Assembly: GCA_017537565.1 (NCBI GenBank)
Contig: JAFYKQ010000097.1
Location: 1-48,709, forward strand
Direction of reading: 5' to 3'
DNA from: Flavobacteriales bacterium
GTDB taxonomy: Bacteria > Bacteroidota > Bacteroidia > Flavobacteriales > UBA1820
DNA: 48,709 nucleotides
Shown: in pieces, positions 10,501 through 18,196 of the stretch
Position numbering within the stretch: position 1 is the stretch's first letter
How the letters are laid out: each line of letters begins with the position of its first letter
Notes under the pieces: model-generated
The model's database searches: none
What the model was told of the DNA's origin: nothing
Seen by the model: the letters and a program-made list of their open reading frames with translations, nothing else
Translations under genes and position numbers: made by a program

Positions 10501-10810
10501 GGTATAATTCTGTACCGCAGTTAAGAGCAGTCTGGCCTCCGAATGCCAGAAGAATACCATCTGGACGTTCTTTCTTTATGACCTCTTCTACAAAATGAGG
10601 TGTTACGGGCAGGAAGTAAACCTTATCTGCTATACCTTCAGATGTCTGAATGGTAGCGATATTTGGGTTGATGAGAACGGTAGAGATACCCTCTTCACGT
10701 AGAGCTTTGAGTGCTTGAGAACCAGAATAGTCAAATTCGCCGGCTTGTCCTATCTTAAGGGCTCCCGAACCTAGCACTACAACTTTCTTTTTATCTGTAT
10801 GGTTTGCCAT
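7592..10810 (-). CDS. carB: carbamoyl-phosphate synthase large subunit
   Basis: The 1072 aa protein has duplicated ATP-grasp halves. The N-terminus [26 protein letters not shown], the second-half [21 protein letters not shown] and a C-terminal MGS-like domain are all present. Confidence 0.96.
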   Translation of the reverse strand: [1072 protein letters not shown]

Positions 10811-10891
10811 GTATATATAAATTTTTGTTTTTCTTTTTATGCCTTATTACCTGTGTATGACCCGCAAGCATACACTATGGCTAAAATCAAG

Positions 10892-10899
10892 CAAAGTTA
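10892..10899 (-). promoter_or_regulatory. -7 promoter box (TAACTTTG on minus strand) for carB
   Basis: The plus strand reads CAAAGTTA, about 82 nt upstream of the ATG at 10810. Confidence 0.5.
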
Positions 10900-10962
10900 C
10901 GACAAATAGTACAGAATGTCAACAATTATATGACGTGGCTTTTTTTTATTAACATTACACAT

Positions 10963-10992
10963 AAAAAGGCGAGCCACGAGGCTCGCCTTTTT
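10963..10992. terminator. intrinsic terminator (bidirectional shape) downstream of the trmB / small-membrane-protein pair
   Basis: AAAAAGGCGAGCC-ACGA-GGCTCGCCTTTTT forms an 8 bp GC stem flanked by A and T runs. Confidence 0.8.
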
Positions 10993-11021
10993 ATACGTAA
11001 CTATCTATTTTTCAATATGTT

Positions 11022-11219
11022 TTATCTTTCTTCTTTTGCCCTGCGTCGAGCCTTTATATAATCATAAACAAAAAAATATGGCACCAATATAAACGACAGG
11101 AACAATATTCCCAGGCCTGCAACTATGCCATATGATGCATTATCCAGTAAGTACATTATAAAACTCACCAGATAAAAACACAGGTCTATACCTATAAGTA
11201 TCTGCAATGCTAGCTTCAT
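11022..11219 (-). CDS. small two-TM membrane protein, unknown function
   Basis: The 65 aa protein has two hydrophobic helices and a basic tail (KARRRAKEER). It starts 2 nt after the trmB stop, which suggests co-translation. Confidence 0.5.
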   Translation of the reverse strand: MKLALQILIGIDLCFYLVSFIMYLLDNASYGIVAGLGILFLSFILVPYFFVYDYIKARRRAKEER

Positions 11220-11220
11220 A

Positions 11221-11898
11221 CTAGAACTTTAAACGGAATTTAATGTATGTGATAGGAGTCCCTGTTTCCAGATACTTTTTCTCATAAAAAGTCTGTATGG
11301 TTTTAAGATATTCGGGAGCACAGTCATCGCGATATACATCGTGCTGGGCATATATGACTTCGTGGCCACTACCGTGGAGCAGTCCCAGCGTATAACCGTG
11401 CAAGAATGCCGAATCTGTTTTAAGGTGTAACACCCCGTCTTTTTTAAGAATGGTGTAATACTTGCGTAGGAAGGCTTCTCCTGTAAGGCGGTGTTTGGTA
11501 CGGCGATATTTTATCTGTGGGTCGGGGAATGTAATCCATATTTCAGACACTTCGCCTGCTGCAAAACACTGGTCTATGAGTTCTATCTGTGTACGTAGAA
11601 AGGCTGCATTGGGCATAGCGTCCTCGTGTGCTGTTTTGGCTCCACGCCACAGGCGTGCTCCTTTTATATCCACCCCTATAAAATTACATTCTGGATAACG
11701 TTCGGCTAGACCTATGGTGTATTCGCCCTTACCACAACCCAGTTCCAGTATTATAGGATTGTCATTATGAAAAAAGTCTTCTCCCCATCGTCCTTTGAGT
11801 GGAAAATTACCCCCCAACACCTCATCACGGGTAGGTTGCACCACTGTATCAAATGTCTCGTTCTCGCGGAATCTTTTGAGTTTGTTTTTACTTCCCAT
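11221..11898 (-). CDS. trmB: tRNA (guanine46-N7)-methyltransferase
   Basis: The SAM-binding motif ILELGCGKGEYTIGLA is present and the protein is TrmB-like overall (FPDPQIKYRRTKHRL). Confidence 0.9.
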   Translation of the reverse strand: MGSKNKLKRFRENETFDTVVQPTRDEVLGGNFPLKGRWGEDFFHNDNPIILELGCGKGEYTIGLAERYPECNFIGVDIKGARLWRGAKTAHEDAMPNAAFLRTQIELIDQCFAAGEVSEIWITFPDPQIKYRRTKHRLTGEAFLRKYYTILKKDGVLHLKTDSAFLHGYTLGLLHGSGHEVIYAQHDVYRDDCAPEYLKTIQTFYEKKYLETGTPITYIKFRLKF

Positions 11899-11934
11899 TA
11901 TATTTATTTCTTTTATTATCTCTTTACATATAAA

Positions 11935-13197
11935 TCACTGCCCGCTGCGTATAGCCTCCACAGGATTAAGACGCGCTCCCATATATGCAGGTATGATACC
12001 AGCCATGAATCCTATCACCATAGATATACCTATACCCACCGCTACATTAAACCCAGACAGATAGAACGTAATGGCATCACTTATAGCATTGACCCCCGTA
12101 AGTGCAGTCCATACCATAGCTATACCCACCACTCCTCCTATGAGCGAGAGGAACACCGCCTCAAATACAAACTGCAACAGTATAAAGTAATTTTTGGCTC
12201 CCAATGACTTCTGTATACCTATCTGTGATGTACGTTCTCTCACACTCACAAACATTATATTTGCTATACCAAAACCTCCTACCAACATAGAAAAACCACC
12301 TATTATCCAGCCCGCCAGATTAAGCATACCATACAACGGAGCAAATGTCGTGGCTATCACAGACGGCACATTAAGTTCAAAATTGTCTATCGTTTCTGGT
12401 GGAAGTTGACGTATGGCACGCATATTTCCACGTATCTCGCTTAGCAGTTCGTCCATATTTACATCATCACCCACAGGTGGAGCTATGATGATTTCGGCAC
12501 CGCTGTTTTCATTTATCACGTTATATTTACGGTAGAAAAGTGATGGTACAAATATGCGATTGTCCTTGGCCACACCAAATGTCTGCTCTCCTTCCTTTTC
12601 CAGCGTACCTATGATTTTTACTTTCTGCCCCTTATAGACCAGTGTTTTTCCTATGGCATCACCTGGGGAAGAAAAGAAATCATCATAGATATCATAGCCT
12701 ATCACAGCCACGGCGGCTCCGCTTACAGACTCTATAGGAGAGAAGAATCGGCCTTCGTTTATCTTGAGGTCTTCTATGTTTTCATACTGATAGTCCACAG
12801 CCACCATCTGTGCGTCATTCACACGACGGGAATTTATCTTTACCTGTGGAGTAGTGGTCATAGAGATGGTTATACGGTCTGAAAGATGAGGCATACGACG
12901 ACGCAATGCTTCGACTTCCGACGGTACAGGGTGAGGTCTCTTCTGTATCTCCCACCACGGTATGGACATCTGCATACCCCAAGGCCATTTACCCACATAG
13001 ACTACCTCGGCTCCCATAGCACGCAAATCCTCGTCTATGTTGCTTTTAAGTGATGATACAGCCGAAAGAACCGTCACTATACAGAATATACCTATGCTTA
13101 TACCCAATAACGAAAGCAGGGTACGCAACCTGTTTTTTACCAGTGCATCCCAAGCAAAGATTATACTCTCTATTACAGATATAAATACCTTTTTCAT
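11935..13197 (-). CDS. ABC transporter permease, MacB/FtsX family
   Basis: It has an N-terminal TM helix (RTLLSLLGISIGIFCIV), a MacB-type periplasmic domain and a C-terminal FtsX four-helix region (ERTSQIGIQKSLGA). Confidence 0.85.
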   Translation of the reverse strand: MKKVFISVIESIIFAWDALVKNRLRTLLSLLGISIGIFCIVTVLSAVSSLKSNIDEDLRAMGAEVVYVGKWPWGMQMSIPWWEIQKRPHPVPSEVEALRRRMPHLSDRITISMTTTPQVKINSRRVNDAQMVAVDYQYENIEDLKINEGRFFSPIESVSGAAVAVIGYDIYDDFFSSPGDAIGKTLVYKGQKVKIIGTLEKEGEQTFGVAKDNRIFVPSLFYRKYNVINENSGAEIIIAPPVGDDVNMDELLSEIRGNMRAIRQLPPETIDNFELNVPSVIATTFAPLYGMLNLAGWIIGGFSMLVGGFGIANIMFVSVRERTSQIGIQKSLGAKNYFILLQFVFEAVFLSLIGGVVGIAMVWTALTGVNAISDAITFYLSGFNVAVGIGISMVIGFMAGIIPAYMGARLNPVEAIRSGQ

Positions 13198-13216
13198 AGC
13201 CTCCCGATTCTGAAAT

Positions 13217-13224
13217 CAAAAGTA
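13217..13224 (-). promoter_or_regulatory. -7 promoter box (TACTTTTG on minus strand) for the MacB/FtsX permease gene
   Basis: The plus strand reads CAAAAGTA, 20 nt upstream of the ATG at 13197. Confidence 0.5.
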
Positions 13225-13336
13225 TTGTTATTTGATGAAATAACCATAATTTTTTTCACTTTTCGTAAAAAAAACAATAGCCCCCACACCTTTTACAGAT
13301 ATGGGGGAGTGGCTGTATGTGTGTTGTACCTCTTAC

Positions 13337-13810
13337 TTATTGAGCAGGAGTGGAAGAATTTGATGCCATAGATGTGCTGTCTGGATAGATAATGATTTCC
13401 TCCTCGCTATAAACCACATCGGCCTCTACTGGTTCTGGAGCAAATGCTATGATGTTCCCCTTCTCGTCAAATCCCGTTTGATAGGCTATCTTTCCTCCCT
13501 CGTAAGGCACCATAACGGTTACCACGGGATTTTTACCTACTATCTCCATATGTGTAGAGCGAGATTTTTTATCGGGGGCTCCCATTATCATACTTATGGC
13601 TTGATATGCAGCCAATACCTCATCGGCTGGGTAGAGTGAACGCACCGTGGTATCTAGCGAAGCTATAAAACCATCTATGTTTCCCGTTACAAAGTCTTCG
13701 GTTATGGTCTGTGCTGCCTTTTTCATAGCCTCTTGGCTAGGTGTATGATGACACGACACCATCATAATAGGGAGTAGCACTAGTGATAACAGATAAATCT
13801 TGATTTTCAT
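13337..13810 (-). CDS. lipoprotein of unknown function
   Basis: A lipobox-like signal (LLPIMMVSC) is followed by about 135 aa of soluble domain. I recognise no catalytic motif. Confidence 0.6.
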   Translation of the reverse strand: MKIKIYLLSLVLLPIMMVSCHHTPSQEAMKKAAQTITEDFVTGNIDGFIASLDTTVRSLYPADEVLAAYQAISMIMGAPDKKSRSTHMEIVGKNPVVTVMVPYEGGKIAYQTGFDEKGNIIAFAPEPVEADVVYSEEEIIIYPDSTSMASNSSTPAQ

Positions 13811-13933
13811 AATTGTTTTACTGGTTTTGGTTTAAGTTATCTAAATTTACACCAGATATACGTCATTGCAAAACCTTCAGTGTTATTTAATTTTAAAATA
13901 TCTCATAGAGGCATAAAGATGAAAAATAGTGGC

Positions 13934-13941
13934 TATATTTG
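13934..13941 (+). promoter_or_regulatory. -7 promoter box TATATTTG for the SGNH hydrolase gene
   Basis: Exact TAnnTTTG match 36 nt upstream of the ATG at 13977. Confidence 0.5.
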
Positions 13942-13976
13942 TGCCAATGATATATAATAATTAACACCATATAAAT

Positions 13977-15080
13977 ATGAAGAAATTTTTCTGCACTATC
14001 GCTCTATGTCTTTTGGCTGTTTCTTCCTATGCACAGGAAACCGAGGTCAAAGACACGTTGCACTACACAGACGCTCTTAATTTCCCTGTAATGGGACAGG
14101 TTACCCGCGAAGGCCTGGAAGACCCTTACGACCGTCTGCCTGCTTACCTTAAAGACTCTATACGCAAGGACCTATGGGGACTAGGTAAAAACTCGGCAGG
14201 TGTATATGTACGTTTCCGCACAGATTCCAAACGTATATCATTGCGTTGGACGGTGCTTAACAACACTTGGATGAACCATATGACTCCTACTGGTATCAAA
14301 GGCCTAGACCTATACTGTCTGGAAGGTGACAAATGGGTTTTTGTAGGTTCTGGTCGCCCAGGATATTCCAAGGGCACATTTACATCACGCATTATAGACA
14401 ATATGGACGGTTCTATGCGTGAATATATGCTATACGCTTCGCTGTATGACTGTACTACCAAGATAGAAATAGGTACTTACTCTCGTAGCCGTCTGGAGGC
14501 TCCACAGGTAAACCTGCCTGTACGCGAAAAACCTGTCGTAGTATATGGCACCAGCATCACACAGGGTGGCTGTGCCAACCGTCCAGGTATGGCTTACACG
14601 TCTATCCTTTCACGCTGGATGCAGAGAGAGTTTATCAACCTAGGATTTTCGGGTAATGGACGTCTAGACTATGAGATAGCCCGACTAATGGCTCGTACAG
14701 ATGCTTCGCTATTTATAATGGACAATATGGCAAACTGTAGCACCGCACAACTAGACCGTCTTAAACCATTTATCGCTATATTGCGTGCATCACACCCTAC
14801 CACACCTATCATACTATGTGGTAATGCTCACTATACATATCGTCGTCTTAACACAGAAACCGAGACTTCTGTCGCTGAAAAAGACGCTCGCCTAGTAGAA
14901 CTGTATAAAGAGATACGCAAGAACGATAAAAACGTTTACTATATGGACGCCGACCCATTCATAGGATATGACGAAGAGGCTACAGTAGATGGTACACACT
15001 TTACAGACCTAGGATTTATACGTATGGCCGAATACCTATACCCTACAGTAAACAAACTGGTTAAAAAATCTACCAAATAA
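13977..15080 (+). CDS. secreted SGNH/GDSL-type hydrolase with an N-terminal beta-sandwich domain (carbohydrate or sialate O-acetylesterase-like)
   Basis: It has a signal peptide and a GxDLY-type N-domain (GLDLYC). The catalytic block I is VVVYGTSITQGG and the C-terminal block is DGTHFTDLG. Confidence 0.78.
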   Translation: MKKFFCTIALCLLAVSSYAQETEVKDTLHYTDALNFPVMGQVTREGLEDPYDRLPAYLKDSIRKDLWGLGKNSAGVYVRFRTDSKRISLRWTVLNNTWMNHMTPTGIKGLDLYCLEGDKWVFVGSGRPGYSKGTFTSRIIDNMDGSMREYMLYASLYDCTTKIEIGTYSRSRLEAPQVNLPVREKPVVVYGTSITQGGCANRPGMAYTSILSRWMQREFINLGFSGNGRLDYEIARLMARTDASLFIMDNMANCSTAQLDRLKPFIAILRASHPTTPIILCGNAHYTYRRLNTETETSVAEKDARLVELYKEIRKNDKNVYYMDADPFIGYDEEATVDGTHFTDLGFIRMAEYLYPTVNKLVKKSTK

Positions 15081-15101
15081 GATTATGATTATATAACACA
15101 T

Positions 15102-15132
15102 AAAAAGTCCCCGCGCGGCGGGGACTTTTTTT
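15102..15132 (+). terminator. intrinsic terminator of the SGNH hydrolase gene
   Basis: AAAAAGTCCCCGC-GCG-GCGGGGACTTTTTTT. Confidence 0.85.
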
Positions 15133-15247
15133 ATAAAGAACAGTTATAATCAAAAAATTAAATATCTACTCCAAAATAAAGCTCATCTCTATACACACAT
15201 TTCCTTTCCTCATTATATATATTTTCCATATGTGCTAAGGCATATCA

Positions 15248-15694
15248 TTATTTGAAGTTTTTCATCAATTCTTTCCTTATCGTGTTGATAGCATCATCTT
15301 GGTTTTTTGAAATAGGAATATCTATCTCACTACTTTTTATCTTCATAACACTCTTATTGGTGGTGTAATCATAGAAATTAACCATTATATATGTATCCCC
15401 ACCTCCCCATTTATGAGATGTAATATTTATGACAGGTGAAAGAACTTTTTTCCCTTGACAAACCAAATCTTTGGCTGTAGATGGAGATGTCTCTATTAAA
15501 CGGGTAGCCAAAATTTCTTTTTCAACCATCATTAAAATATGGTCTATATTTTCATCTCCTGTTTTTTCATTTGTCAGGACCACATAATCATAATCTGACA
15601 AATTATCATTAGAAGAAACTACAACATTACTTATAGAACAAGAATGAAGAAAAATGCTACATACAGCAATAACACAAACGAATACCTTTTTCAT
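15248..15694 (-). CDS. lipoprotein of unknown function
   Basis: The start is taken at MKKVFVCVIAVCSIFLHSC (lipobox). The upstream in-frame ATG at 15718 is overlapped by a TAnnTTTG box. Confidence 0.6.
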   Translation of the reverse strand: MKKVFVCVIAVCSIFLHSCSISNVVVSSNDNLSDYDYVVLTNEKTGDENIDHILMMVEKEILATRLIETSPSTAKDLVCQGKKVLSPVINITSHKWGGGDTYIMVNFYDYTTNKSVMKIKSSEIDIPISKNQDDAINTIRKELMKNFK

Positions 15695-15715
15695 AAAATG
15701 ATTTTTATATTTTGA

Positions 15716-15723
15716 CAAAGATA
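15716..15723 (-). promoter_or_regulatory. -7 promoter box (TATCTTTG on minus strand) for the 15694 lipoprotein gene
   Basis: The plus strand reads CAAAGATA, 22 nt upstream of the ATG at 15694. Confidence 0.5.
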
Positions 15724-15803
15724 AAGTTTTTATCTATATACAAAAAAGATAAGGATAGATACTTTAAGGATATTTATTTCATCTATTAAAGATACAGATA
15801 TAT

Positions 15804-15836
15804 AAAAATCCCCGCCACGAGTGGCGGGGATTTTTT
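15804..15836. terminator. intrinsic terminator ending the tandem PEGA-like gene pair (bidirectional shape)
   Basis: AAAAATCCCCGCCA-CGAG-TGGCGGGGATTTTTT lies 21 nt downstream of the stop at 15857. Confidence 0.85.
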
Positions 15837-15856
15837 ATGGATAAAAGAAAAGTGTG

Positions 15857-16957
15857 TTAATTCTCTTCCTCTTCCTTTTTCACCAACTGGAAGAAAGTGC
15901 TTATTTCCTGCTGGTCTAGAGCCTGACGTACATTGAAACGTTTTACCTGTGGGTGGTAACCTGGTTTCATTATCTTTATTTCTATCTGTACATTACGGGC
16001 ATTTTCATATGTAAGACCCAATATATTAAATGCACGTGTCTCTTCATATGGAGTAGTGAGCAGATAAGCCTCGTTTGTGTTCTGGACTTCGGTAGTGCTA
16101 GATATCACACGATAGAATATACGAGCACCCTGTGGGTCTGAATCTACCATCCAGCGTATGATAGTCTGTTCTGGGGCAGACATACCTGGGGTATCACGAG
16201 ATACCTTACCTACACTCACACTACCATTATTATAGGGTTTACTTTGAGTAGCAATAGGTTCAGAAGATTTTTGGGGGGCTACTTTGGCTTTTTGTGCTCT
16301 TAGTTTAGCCATTTCCTTGGGATTTTCTGTAAAATGGATTTTGAATACATTTTGTGTGGTCCCTGGAGGAATAACCAATTTATAATTCTCATATCCTGGA
16401 GCCTTAAACATCATTACTGCTCCATATTTAGGATCTATCTTATCATTATATGGGAATGTTACATCTATAAAACTCATCCATATTCCATATAGATTTTGAA
16501 TACCAGATACTTTTGCAGATTCCACCTGGTCACACTCTATGGACACAGGAAAAGAATAATCTCTTTTAGCAAAAATACCTACTTTTCCTCCATCAGCAGA
16601 TTTTTCTACTTTAGCCTTTTCTTTATTCAGTTTAGCCATTTCTTTGGAATCCACTGTGAAAACAACCATATAATATGACTCAAAAGCTCCGCGAGGTATA
16701 ATGAGAGCATATTCCTTATATCCTGGAGCTTTAAGTTTTATTTCTGCTCCTTTGTCTGGATTTATACGGGTCTTAAATGGAAAAGTAATGTCCATATCTT
16801 TTGCCTTGCCATAGATAGTTTCATCTGATGTCATCTTGGCAGCCTGTATATCCTCACAGTCTATAGTTATCTCATATGAGAATTTATCCATTTTCTGTGC
16901 AAAAACAGATATCGCCGTAGTCAATACGAGCGTAACTATAACTAATATCTTTTTCAT
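15857..16957 (-). CDS. secreted protein with two copies of a ~95 aa N-terminal module and a PEGA-like C-terminal domain; unknown function
   Basis: A signal peptide is present. The internal repeat runs FSYEITIDCEDIQAAKMT...KAPGYKEYALIIPRG and YSFPVSIECDQVESAKVS...KAPGYENYKLVIPPG. The C-terminus reads DSDPQGARIFYRV...TPYEE...IKIMKPGYHPQVKRFNV, similar to the PEGA motif. Confidence 0.65.
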   Translation of the reverse strand: MKKILVIVTLVLTTAISVFAQKMDKFSYEITIDCEDIQAAKMTSDETIYGKAKDMDITFPFKTRINPDKGAEIKLKAPGYKEYALIIPRGAFESYYMVVFTVDSKEMAKLNKEKAKVEKSADGGKVGIFAKRDYSFPVSIECDQVESAKVSGIQNLYGIWMSFIDVTFPYNDKIDPKYGAVMMFKAPGYENYKLVIPPGTTQNVFKIHFTENPKEMAKLRAQKAKVAPQKSSEPIATQSKPYNNGSVSVGKVSRDTPGMSAPEQTIIRWMVDSDPQGARIFYRVISSTTEVQNTNEAYLLTTPYEETRAFNILGLTYENARNVQIEIKIMKPGYHPQVKRFNVRQALDQQEISTFFQLVKKEEEEN

Positions 16958-16969
16958 AATATCTCTGTT

Positions 16970-17806
16970 TTATTCATCTTGTTTTACTAGCATAAAGAAT
17001 GCACTTATTTCCTGCTGGTCTATGGCTTGACGTACATTGAAACGTTTTACCTGTGTGTGGTAACCATTCTTAACTATTTTTATTTCTATCTGTACATCAC
17101 GAGAGTTTTCATATGTAAGACCTAGGATATTGAAAGAACGTGTCTCCTCATATGGTGTAGTCATAAGGTATGTTTCATTGGTATTTTTTACCTGTGCAGG
17201 AACACTAGAAATAACTCTCCAAAATACTCGTGCTCCCTGTGGGTCTGAGTCTATCGCCCAACGTATGATAGTCTGTTCTAGAGCTGTCTGTCCTGGAGTA
17301 TCACGAGAAACTGCTTTTTGAGCTTCGCCTTTGGGCATTGACAAATCTGATGATTGTTGTTTTGATTCTTCTGCATCTTTTTTAAGAGCTGCCACTTCTT
17401 TTTTGAGAGCATCTACTTCTTTTTTAGATGCATCATCCACTGGAGCTACTGGTTTAGGGGTTGGTTTAAGACGAGACATTTCACGTGGGTTTTCTGTAAA
17501 GTGTAACATAAATTCAGATTCAAATCCTCCTGGTGGTATCATCAGTTTGTAAGCATTATAACCTGGAGCTTTGAAGTCTATGATAGCTCCTTTTTTGGGG
17601 TTGATACGTGTTTTGTGAGGAAATGTTACGTCTATGTTTCTCACCACACCCGAAATAGTGGATTCAGATGTCATTTTTGCAGTTTTTACTTGTTCACAGT
17701 CTATGGTAATTTCGTGTGTGAACTTTTTGGTGCTTTGTGCAAATGCAGATGTTCCTATAAACAATGTAAACATCATTGCTAGGGTCAAATACAATTTTTG
17801 TTTCAT
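16970..17806 (-). CDS. secreted paralogue of the previous gene, with one N-terminal module, a KKEVxALKK repeat linker and a PEGA-like C-terminal domain
   Basis: The C-terminal ~110 aa align colinearly with the 15857..16957 protein and most positions are identical. The gap to the downstream paralogue is 12 nt. Confidence 0.65.
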   Translation of the reverse strand: MKQKLYLTLAMMFTLFIGTSAFAQSTKKFTHEITIDCEQVKTAKMTSESTISGVVRNIDVTFPHKTRINPKKGAIIDFKAPGYNAYKLMIPPGGFESEFMLHFTENPREMSRLKPTPKPVAPVDDASKKEVDALKKEVAALKKDAEESKQQSSDLSMPKGEAQKAVSRDTPGQTALEQTIIRWAIDSDPQGARVFWRVISSVPAQVKNTNETYLMTTPYEETRSFNILGLTYENSRDVQIEIKIVKNGYHTQVKRFNVRQAIDQQEISAFFMLVKQDE

Positions 17807-17881
17807 GGTATTTATATTTTATGGTTAATTGTATAGATTGTAGCCTGTCCCTAAGCTTTTAATAGTTTAATATATAGACAT

Positions 17882-18068
17882 AAAAAATCGTGGGACAAAA
17901 CTCCGCACTTGCTTTTCGAGGTCTTAGGATACCGTGTAGTACAAATGAGAATTAAGCCCACGTTAGAACCGTGGGCGTTCACTTCTTCTCTTGTACTACT
18001 TTATACGAAAGTTCCTAAGTTTCGAAAAGCAAGATTAAAGTTAACGCTTTTTATGATGTGGTTCCCAC
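17882..18068 (-). ncRNA. candidate structured RNA (5' leader/attenuator of the PEGA-like operon, or an independent sRNA); family not recognised
   Basis: Five nested perfect helices are present:
- 17908-17919 / 18022-18033 (12 bp)
- 17923-17929 / 18013-18019 (7 bp)
- 17936-17944 / 17991-17999 (9 bp)
- 17947-17951 / 17986-17990 (5 bp)
- 17956-17962 / 17970-17976 (7 bp, 7 nt loop)

An outer stem pairs 17890-17896 with 18061-18068. On the minus strand it is followed by GA+UUUUUU (17882-17889). The strand is not certain, because two possible G-U pairs (17920/18021, 17921/18020) would favour the plus strand. Confidence 0.4.
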
Positions 18069-18131
18069 CACTATATTATTGGATATTTTTTCTATTTATT
18101 TTTATAGGCAATAAGTCTTTTAGTTATAGGA

Positions 18132-18139
18132 CAAAATTA
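18132..18139 (-). promoter_or_regulatory. -7 promoter box (TAATTTTG on minus strand) upstream of the structured element and the PEGA-like operon
   Basis: The plus strand reads CAAAATTA. It is the only TAnnTTTG match on the minus strand in the 17807-18196 gap. Confidence 0.4.
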
Positions 18140-18196
18140 TAAAATTTTTAAATATGAGCGTATTATATACACTATATTTTATAAATAAATCCTAGT

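Noticed and set aside
17909-18142. 77 aa plus-strand ORF in the gap upstream of the PEGA-like genes
   Set aside because: It has no promoter box or ribosome-binding context, and its sequence is low-complexity (FFLFIFIG...). It is laid exactly over the nested inverted repeats, so the reading frame is better explained as a by-product of the structured element.
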